NCBI GenBank assembly: GCA_046734435.1
Contig: JBKPRE010000018.1
Coordinates: 2,471-66,470, forward strand
Source of the DNA: Pseudomonadota bacterium
GTDB lineage: Bacteria; Pseudomonadota; Alphaproteobacteria; Rhizobiales; Xanthobacteraceae
Length of the DNA stretch: 64,000 nt
Direction of reading: 5' to 3'
The translations under genes and the position numbers were made by a program. The number at the start of each line of letters is the position of its first letter. The first letter of the stretch is position 1. This document shows, in pieces, positions 56,584 to 64,000 of the stretch. Under the pieces are notes generated by a model, which was not told where the DNA came from, ran no database searches, and worked only from the letters and a program-made list of their open reading frames with translations.

Positions 56584-58239
56584 TCACACCCGATCCCTGT
56601 TGAACGTCGGCGACACGCCGCTGCCGTACAATTTCAGGGCGCCCTGCTCGCCGATTGCGTTCGGGCGCTGGAAGATCCAGTTCTGCCAGGCGGTGAGCCG
56701 CCCGAAAATCTTGGTCTCCATCGTCTCGGGGCCGGCGAAACGCAGATTCGCCTCCATGCCGGTCATGGCGTCGGGCGAGAAGCTGGTGCGCTCCTCGAGC
56801 ATCACGCGCAACTCGTCGTCCCAGTCGAAATCTTCATAGGCAGCCGTCACCAGGCCGAGCTCGGCCGCCTCCTCGCCTTCCACCGCAACGCCGGTCTTGC
56901 CTTTGAGTTCGGTAAGCGTCTCCGGTTCGCCGAGGAAGCGCGTCTCGAGCCGCGTCAGCCCGTTACCCATCGGATAGAAGCCGAAATTGGCCTGTCCCAA
57001 GGTGATCGCGGCCGGCTTGCGGTTGTCGCCCTCCCGCGTGCCGATCAGCATCAGCGAGCGGTCGGCCGCGAAAGCGAGCTCGGCGAGCGTACCGGCAAAG
57101 CAGGAGCCCGGCTCGATCAGCGCGATGAAGCTTTTGGCCGTGACATCGACGCGCTTCAGGACACGCTTGAGATAATGGCGGATCTCGCGCATCAGCCAGT
57201 CGCCATTGGCCTTGGCGAGGAAATCGTCGTGCGCGAGCACGGCCTCGGCGTTGCCGTCGGTGCGGAACAGCACCACGCCGATGGCGGCTTCGTTGGTGCG
57301 CAGGTGCAAAATCGCGTCTTCCAGCTCGCGCGCCACCGTGAGCGGCCAGAATTTCGCACCCAGCGCGTGCGCCGCTTCGACCGATGCAGGCACCGCGCCC
57401 GCCGGGCCGCGCACGGTCACGGTCGCGAGCCCGCGTTCGCGGTCGATCTCGATATCGACATGCGAATACGACACCTTGTCCTTCTCGATCTTGCGCGCGA
57501 GCGGCGTCAGCGCAATGCCCTTGGCATCCTTCGGCCGGTCGGACTTCGCCGCGATCTCTTTCGCGCGCGCCGCCACCACCTCTTTCCATTTCGAGTTCGG
57601 CACCACCTCGTCGACCAGCCGCCACTCCACCGCGCGCGTGCCGCGCACGCCTTCCTCGATCGAGCAGAAGACGTCGGCGCGGTCGCGCCGCACCTTGCGC
57701 TTGTCGGTGACGCGGGTGAGCCCGCCGGTGCCGGGCAGCACCGCCAGCAGCGGCGTCTCCGGCAGTGCCACCGCCGAGCGGCGGTCGTCGACCAGCATGA
57801 TGTGATCGGCCGCGAGCGCGAGCTCGTAGCCGCCGCCCGCCGCATTGCCGTTGATGGCGCAGACGTAAATCTGCTTCGAGCTCTCGGACGCGTCCTCGAT
57901 GGCGAGGCGCGTCTCGTTGGTGAACTTGCAGAAGTTCACCTTGGCGCCATGCGTCGCCTTGCCGAGCATGCGGATATTGGCGCCGGCGCAGAACACATTG
58001 TCCTTGCCCGACTTGATGACGACGCAGCGGATCTCCGGATGCTCGAAGCGCAGCCTTTGGACAGCATCGTTCAATTCAATGTCGACGCCGAGGTCGTAGG
58101 AATTGAGCTTGAGCTCGTAGTCGCCGAGCCCGCCGGCCTGGTCGACGTCCATGATCAGATAGGCGACGTCGCCGTCATACTGGATTTTCCAGTGGCGGTA
58201 CCGGGAAGGATCCGTTTGGTAATCGATGATGTCAGGCAT
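56584..58239 (-). CDS. boxC: 2,3-epoxybenzoyl-CoA dihydrolase
   Basis: YRHWK, LKLNSYDLGVDIELNDA, FCAGANI, AGGGYELALA, LPETPLLAVLPGTGG, LTAWQNWIFQRPNA. Confidence 0.95.
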   Translation of the reverse strand: MPDIIDYQTDPSRYRHWKIQYDGDVAYLIMDVDQAGGLGDYELKLNSYDLGVDIELNDAVQRLRFEHPEIRCVVIKSGKDNVFCAGANIRMLGKATHGAKVNFCKFTNETRLAIEDASESSKQIYVCAINGNAAGGGYELALAADHIMLVDDRRSAVALPETPLLAVLPGTGGLTRVTDKRKVRRDRADVFCSIEEGVRGTRAVEWRLVDEVVPNSKWKEVVAARAKEIAAKSDRPKDAKGIALTPLARKIEKDKVSYSHVDIEIDRERGLATVTVRGPAGAVPASVEAAHALGAKFWPLTVARELEDAILHLRTNEAAIGVVLFRTDGNAEAVLAHDDFLAKANGDWLMREIRHYLKRVLKRVDVTAKSFIALIEPGSCFAGTLAELAFAADRSLMLIGTREGDNRKPAAITLGQANFGFYPMGNGLTRLETRFLGEPETLTELKGKTGVAVEGEEAAELGLVTAAYEDFDWDDELRVMLEERTSFSPDAMTGMEANLRFAGPETMETKIFGRLTAWQNWIFQRPNAIGEQGALKLYGSGVSPTFNRDRV

Positions 58240-58266
58240 CAGCAATTGTCCTGAGGACTCTCATTC

Positions 58267-58494
58267 GTCATGGCCGGGCTCGTCCCGGCCATCCATGTCG
58301 TTCCAACGCACCGCCCCTCTGCTTTCATTGCCGGGCTTGACCCGGTCACACTCCATGTCGTTCCAACGCACCGCCCCTCCGCTGTCATTGCCGGGCTTGA
58401 CCCGGCAATCCATGAGGCCGGGAGGCGATGACAACCGTAAGGCTGTTCTACGCGGCAGCTCATCATGGATGCGCGGATCAAGTCCGCGCATGAC
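58267..58494. repeat. Tandem REP arms followed by a 111-bp unit (58384-58494, reverse orientation)
   Basis: Three left arms about 57-60 bp apart separated by a near-identical CCATGTCGTTCCAACGCACCGCCCCTC spacer. Confidence 0.88.
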
Positions 58495-58577
58495 CGTGGG
58501 AGAGGTTGTGCCCTCCCGAGCGCGTCGTCGTTATGCACTATCTTGCATACGAATAACACCTTGCCGGGGGACAGTCA

Positions 58578-58651
58578 TCAGTAATCGGTAATCGGTGAGA
58601 AAAAGCCTATTTTGACCCCGGCACGCGGACCCACTGATTACTGATTACTGA
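58578..58651. repeat. 20-bp inverted repeat built from CAGTAAT heptamers in the boxC/boxR divergent region
   Basis: TCAGTAATCGGTAATCGGTG (58578-58597) versus CACTGATTACTGATTACTGA (58632-58651), 18 of 20 complementary. Confidence 0.8.
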
Positions 58652-58690
58652 CCCATTGATTGCTGAATACCTGCTTGCCCCGGCAATATA

Positions 58691-59686
58691 ATGCATGTTA
58701 CTCAAAAGCCCATGAAACCCGCGCGTGCCGCCGTCAAAGCCGCGACAAAGCCGGTCCGCGAGACCGACGCCTATCTGCGCCGGCTCGGCGAGCGCGTGCG
58801 CATCTTGCGCAACCAGCGCGGCATGACCCGAAAGGCGCTCGCACGCCACGCGAAAGTCTCCGAGCGCTACCTCGCCCAGCTCGAGGCCGGGCTCGGCAAC
58901 GGCTCGATCGTTCTCCTGCGCCGGATCTCGCGCGCCATGGGCCTGCCGGTGACGCAGCTCGTGCACGAAGGCACCGAGCCCGCGCTCGATTTCGTGCTGC
59001 TCAACCAGTTTCTCGAGCGGCTGTCTCCGCCGGCGCTTGGCGAAGCGCGCGATCTGCTGCTGCGCCATTTCAGCGCGCCGTCGGACGACGCGCGCCGCCA
59101 CCGCATTGCATTGATCGGCCTGCGCGGCGGCGGCAAGTCCACGCTCGGCAAGCTCGCCGCCGAGCGCCTCGGCCTGCCCTTCATCGAGCTCGACCGCGAG
59201 ATCGAGAAGCGCAGCGGCGCAACCTTGAGCGAGATCTTCGACATGTTCGGCCAGGAGACCTTCCGGCGCGCCGAGCGCGAGGCGCTCGACGATGTGCTGC
59301 GCCGGCACAAGGGCTTCGTGGTCGCGACCTCCGGTAGCATCGTCACCGAGCCGGGCACGCTGGAGGTGCTGCTCGCTTCCTGCTTCACGGTGTGGGTGAA
59401 GGCCGCGCCTGAGGAGCACATGAAGCGCGTGATGGCGCAGGGCGACATGCGCCCGATGGCGAACAGCGCGCGCGCGATGCAGGATCTTGTTTCGATCCTG
59501 CGCAGCCGCGAGCCGCTTTACGCCAAGGCCGATGTGGCCCTGTCGACCAGCGGCCGCACGCCCGAGCAGAACGTGGCGGAACTCTTGCGTTTGCTCGAAG
59601 TTCCGGATACGCGCAAAGGTTCAAACTTGGCCGCGGATGCGCGGTCGCGCAGCGGTTCCCCCACATTGGATAAGGAACGGGTCTGA
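58691..59686 (+). CDS. boxR: BzdR/BoxR family regulator (XRE HTH plus shikimate kinase-like domain)
   Basis: MTRKALA...VSERYLAQLEAGLGN HTH; IALIGLRGGGKST, FIELD, GDMRPM; divergent from boxC. Confidence 0.9.
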   Translation: MHVTQKPMKPARAAVKAATKPVRETDAYLRRLGERVRILRNQRGMTRKALARHAKVSERYLAQLEAGLGNGSIVLLRRISRAMGLPVTQLVHEGTEPALDFVLLNQFLERLSPPALGEARDLLLRHFSAPSDDARRHRIALIGLRGGGKSTLGKLAAERLGLPFIELDREIEKRSGATLSEIFDMFGQETFRRAEREALDDVLRRHKGFVVATSGSIVTEPGTLEVLLASCFTVWVKAAPEEHMKRVMAQGDMRPMANSARAMQDLVSILRSREPLYAKADVALSTSGRTPEQNVAELLRLLEVPDTRKGSNLAADARSRSGSPTLDKERV

Positions 59687-59710
59687 TGGGATACGTACGG
59701 CCCCTCCTCC

Positions 59711-59821
59711 GTCATGCGCGGGCTTGACCCGCGCATCCATGATGAGGGGCATCAGGCAAATCAGTACTGCTTTTGCCGGGGCGCTTGCCTCATGGATTGC
59801 CGGGTCAAGCCCGGCAATGAC
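59711..59821 (+). repeat. 111-bp REP-dimer unit
   Basis: Canonical arms with the CAGTACTG centre. Confidence 0.92.
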
Positions 59822-59869
59822 AGTGGAGAGGGTGCGTAGCCACAAGAGGTCAAAGGACAAAGGGATTAG

Positions 59870-60913
<1,044 letters not shown>

Positions 60914-60957
60914 TGGGGGGAATGAGGGGAATGGACTCGCGTGCCTCATTCTCGGAA

Positions 60958-61095
60958 GTCATGCGCGGGCACTTCCTCTCCGCTGTCATTGCCGGGCTTG
61001 ACCCGGCAATCCATGAGGAGGCCCAGCATGTACGGCTGTAAGGCTTTTGCGCCCTGCATCTCATCATGGATGCGCGGGTCAAGCCCGCGCATGAC
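60958..61095 (-). repeat. REP arm fragment (60958-60970) plus 111-bp unit (60985-61095, reverse orientation)
   Basis: GTCATTGCCGGGCTTGACCCGGCAATCCA ... TGGATGCGCGGGTCAAGCCCGCGCATGAC. Confidence 0.9.
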
Positions 61096-61136
61096 GTCTG
61101 AGTGTGTGGCACCCGCGCACTAGTAGCTGGACGACA

Positions 61137-61460
61137 ATGCCCAAGATCACCTACATCGAGCACGACGGCACGCAGCACACGGTCGAGGCCGAGATCGGCT
61201 CGACCGTGATGGAGACCGCGCTGCGTAACGACATCGCCAGCATCGTCGCCGAGTGCGGCGGCTCATGCACCTGCGCGACCTGCCTGGTGCATGTCGACGA
61301 GAAATGGTTTCCGGTGGTCGGCCCGCCCTCGGCCGAGGAGGAAGAGCAGCTCGATGCTGCCTTCGAGGTGAAGCCGACCTCGCGCCTCTCCTGCCAGATC
61401 AAGGTGACCGAGCAGCTCGACGGTCTGATCGTCTACACGCCGGCCTATCAGGGGCGGTAA
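61137..61460 (+). CDS. [2Fe-2S] ferredoxin, adrenodoxin/putidaredoxin type
   Basis: AECGGSCTCATC, SRLSCQI. Confidence 0.92.
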   Translation: MPKITYIEHDGTQHTVEAEIGSTVMETALRNDIASIVAECGGSCTCATCLVHVDEKWFPVVGPPSAEEEEQLDAAFEVKPTSRLSCQIKVTEQLDGLIVYTPAYQGR

Positions 61461-61468
61461 CGCAACCG

Positions 61469-61677
61469 GTCATTCCGGGACGCCGCGAAGGGGCGGACCC
61501 GGAATCCAGATGCCAGCACAGATTTCGTTCTAATTCCGGGTTCGCTCGCTATCGCTTGCGCCCCGGAATGACGACTGTGGACCTCTCCACGTCATGCCCG
61601 GCTATATGCCGGGCATCAACGTCTTTATGCGGCAAACTCGCCAAGACGTGGATGGCCGGAACAAGTCCGGCCATGAC
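61469..61677. repeat. Two adjacent REP-like inverted pairs (61469-61572 GTCATTCCGG type; 61591-61677, 87 bp)
   Basis: GTCATTCCGGGA...CCCGGAATGAC; GTCATGCCCGG...TGGATGGCCGGAACAAGTCCGGCCATGAC. Confidence 0.88.
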
Positions 61678-61862
61678 GTGGAGAGCTGCCGACGTCATTT
61701 TGATTGCGCCGGTCAATTCGCTGCGTTGACATTACATTCCGTTCTCCAAATACTGACCCCAACAACAGCGCGCAAAACGGGCCGTAGAAACCGGCGCTGA
61801 AGCATCGTTCATGACGTTGTCGCCGGCGGTACGCCGTGCCGGTATTCCTGGGGAGGAATGCG

Positions 61863-63173
61863 ATGAAGACATCTCGCCGAACGCTTCTGAAAAATTCCGC
61901 CGCTGCCGCAGCTGCTCTCAGCCTCGACTGGCGCTACGCCCAGGCGCAGGCTGAAACCGTGCGCATCGGAGTCATCTTCGATCACTCCGGGCCCTTCGCG
62001 GCGGGCGGTTCGGTCGCGAGCTCAGTTGGAACCCAGATCGCGATCGACCTGTGCAACGAGCGCGGCGGCGTCGGCGGCAAATACAAGGTCGCGCCGGTCA
62101 ACGCGGACTCACAGAGCAAGGCGGACGTGGCGATCAACGAGGTCGAGCGCCTGATCAACCAGGAGAAGGTCGACATCATCGACGGCGTCTACGCCAGCGC
62201 GCACGCAGTGCCGCTCGCCGCCAAAGTCGAGGCGCAGAAGAAGATCCTCTGGATCACCACCGCGGTCTCGACCGCCGTGTTCAAGGACAAGAACCTGAAA
62301 TACGTGTTCCGCGGGCAGATCCACTCCGACCAGTACGGCCAGGCCTTCGCCGGCTTCCTGGTCGAGCACGCCAAGGCGAAGCTCGGCATCGATCCCAAGA
62401 CGGTGAAGGTCGCGCTCATCCACGAGGACGGGCCCTATGGCGTCGGCGTCGCCGCCGCCGACGAGCAATACGCGAAGGAAGCCGGCCTGCAGGTCGTGCT
62501 GCGCGAAGGCTATTCGGCCTCGGCGCCCGACCTGTCGGCGCTGGTCACCAAGCTCAAGCGCGCCAATGCCGACGTCCTCTCGCATGCCGGCTACAACCCC
62601 GACATCACTCTGTTCCTGCGCCAGGCGCGCGAGAGCGGCCTTCGCTTCAAGATGCTGTTCGGCGCCGGCGCCGGCTATAGCCAGCTCGACAAGCTGCGCG
62701 CCACCTTCGGCAAGGACATCGACAATTTCTGCAACATCGACCCGGTGCCGGCACAGCTGCTCGACGCCTCGAAGCTCGCGCCGGGCGTCGGCGAGCTGAC
62801 CAAGATCATGGTCGAGCGCTACAAGGGCAAGACCGGCGCCACCGACGTGCCGCCGCACTGCTCGATGGGCTTCAACCAGACCTGGGTGCTGCTCAACAAC
62901 GTTCTGCCGGTCGCCAAGGAGAAATATGGCGGCTTCGACCCCGAGGCGGTGCGCAAGGCCGCGCTCGACGTCGACATTCCGGTGGGCGGCACCATTCAGG
63001 GCTACGGCGTGAAGTTCTACCCGCCCGGCACGCAGATGGCCGGCCAGAACGAGCGCTCGACGCCGGTGGTCATGCAGAATGCCGGCGAGCACATCTCGGT
63101 TGTGTACCCGACCGCGATCCGCACGCAGGAGCCAGTGCTGCCGCTGCCGAAGTCGTCGGTCTACGCCGCCTAG
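61863..63173 (+). CDS. Branched-chain/aromatic-acid ABC transporter substrate-binding protein
   Basis: SRRTLLK Tat-like signal, IGVIFDHSGPFA, YVFRGQ, IHEDGPYG; aromatic substrate inferred from context. Confidence 0.88.
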   Translation: MKTSRRTLLKNSAAAAAALSLDWRYAQAQAETVRIGVIFDHSGPFAAGGSVASSVGTQIAIDLCNERGGVGGKYKVAPVNADSQSKADVAINEVERLINQEKVDIIDGVYASAHAVPLAAKVEAQKKILWITTAVSTAVFKDKNLKYVFRGQIHSDQYGQAFAGFLVEHAKAKLGIDPKTVKVALIHEDGPYGVGVAAADEQYAKEAGLQVVLREGYSASAPDLSALVTKLKRANADVLSHAGYNPDITLFLRQARESGLRFKMLFGAGAGYSQLDKLRATFGKDIDNFCNIDPVPAQLLDASKLAPGVGELTKIMVERYKGKTGATDVPPHCSMGFNQTWVLLNNVLPVAKEKYGGFDPEAVRKAALDVDIPVGGTIQGYGVKFYPPGTQMAGQNERSTPVVMQNAGEHISVVYPTAIRTQEPVLPLPKSSVYAA

Positions 63174-63203
63174 CAGCATGCCTGTCGTGGCAAGCCAAGG
63201 TTC

Positions 63204-63290
63204 GTCATGCCCGGGCTTGTCCCGGCCATCCACGACTTTCGGTGCGTCCACAAGGAAGACGTGGATGGCCGGAACAAGTCCGGCCATGAC
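63204..63290. repeat. 87-bp REP-like inverted pair
   Basis: GTCATGCCCGGGCTTGTCCCGGCCATCCA ... TGGATGGCCGGAACAAGTCCGGCCATGAC; same length and right arm as 61591-61677. Confidence 0.9.
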
Positions 63291-63350
63291 AAATGAGAGG
63301 CAGCCTCAGCCCGTAAAGCGGGCTGAGGCGCGCCACGGCGCGTAAACGCG

Positions 63351-64000
63351 ATGCTGGAAGTCCAGGGGCTCTGCAAGCGCTTCGGGGGATTCCTGGCGGT
63401 CAATCAGGTGTCCTTCGGCGTGCGCGAGGGTGAGATCCTCGGCCTCATCGGGCCCAACGGCTCCGGCAAGAGCACGACGTTCAACCTGATCGCGGGCAAC
63501 CTGCAGCCGACCGCGGGTTCGATCCGCTTCGCCGGCCAGGAAATCGGCGGCCTGCCCGCGCACGCGATCTGCCACCAGGGCATCGCGCGCACGTTCCAGA
63601 TCCCGCGGCCCTTCCGCAAGCTGTCGCTGCGCGAGAACGTCGCGCTCGCCGCCTATTACGGCCAGTCCGGAAGCATCTCGCGCGAGGAGGCGACGGGCCG
63701 CGCGAAAGAGGCGCTCGACTTGGTGGGCCTGCCGTCGGACGCCTCGGCGCTGACCGGCGGGCTCGGCGCCGCGGCGCTGAAGAAGCTTGAGCTAGCGCGC
63801 GCCCTCGCCACGAAACCAAAACTTCTTCTCGCGGATGAAAGCCTCGGCGGGCTCGACCATGCCGAGATGGAGCGCGCCGCCGACATGCTCGGCAATATCC
63901 GCAGCCGCATGGGCATCACCATCGTCTGGGTCGAGCACATCATGGGCGTGCTGATGCGCATCGTCGACCGCGTCATCGTGCTCGACCACGGCGAGAAGAT
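63351..64000 (+). CDS. ABC transporter ATP-binding protein, LivG-like; runs off window end
   Basis: Manual translation MLEVQGLCKRFGGFLAVNQVSF...GLIGPNGSGKST...RTFQ...LLADE...VEH. Confidence 0.92.
   Translation, partial: MLEVQGLCKRFGGFLAVNQVSFGVREGEILGLIGPNGSGKSTTFNLIAGNLQPTAGSIRFAGQEIGGLPAHAICHQGIARTFQIPRPFRKLSLRENVALAAYYGQSGSISREEATGRAKEALDLVGLPSDASALTGGLGAAALKKLELARALATKPKLLLADESLGGLDHAEMERAADMLGNIRSRMGITIVWVEHIMGVLMRIVDRVIVLDHGEK

Noticed and set aside
58267-58494. Possible CRISPR array (palindromic repeats about 60 bp apart)
   Set aside because: The intervening sequences are near-identical rather than unique spacers, the arms belong to the dispersed REP family, and no cas gene is present.

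Overview
High-GC alphaproteobacterial (Rhizobiales-like, inferred from gene families and repeat types) chromosomal segment with densely packed metabolic genes. It carries, in order: the 5' part of an ABC binding-protein gene, marR, an amidase, a cupin and a GFA protein; a 4,5-dihydroxyphthalate decarboxylase-like gene divergent from galB-ligK; two tandem Flp pilins; several NitT/TauT-type ABC components, a catechol 2,3-dioxygenase and a class II aldolase; an iron-uptake divergon (TonB receptor, piuC, PepSY, exbBD-tonB) with an Irr-type ICE box; a sigma54-driven nitrite assimilation divergon (nirA, Fe-S flavoprotein, cysG / FNT, PP2C-kinase); a cysJI sulfite reductase operon; and an aromatic CoA-ester cluster (thioesterase, hcrCAB, benzoate-CoA ligase family, boxB, boxC, boxR, FNR, ferredoxin, ABC transporter) with a six-GAF histidine kinase inside it. 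The most striking non-gene signal is a family of GTCAT...ATGAC palindromic repeats (CGTC-type REP-like), about 20 loci, almost all in the last 27 kb. Nine are fixed-length 110-111 bp units, one is inserted in frame inside the CoA ligase, and a small GIY-YIG nuclease gene abuts a half unit at its central motif, where boxA would be expected. No rRNA, tRNA, CRISPR array, transposase or integrase was recognised. Coordinates were counted by hand and family assignments come from motif recognition, not database searches.
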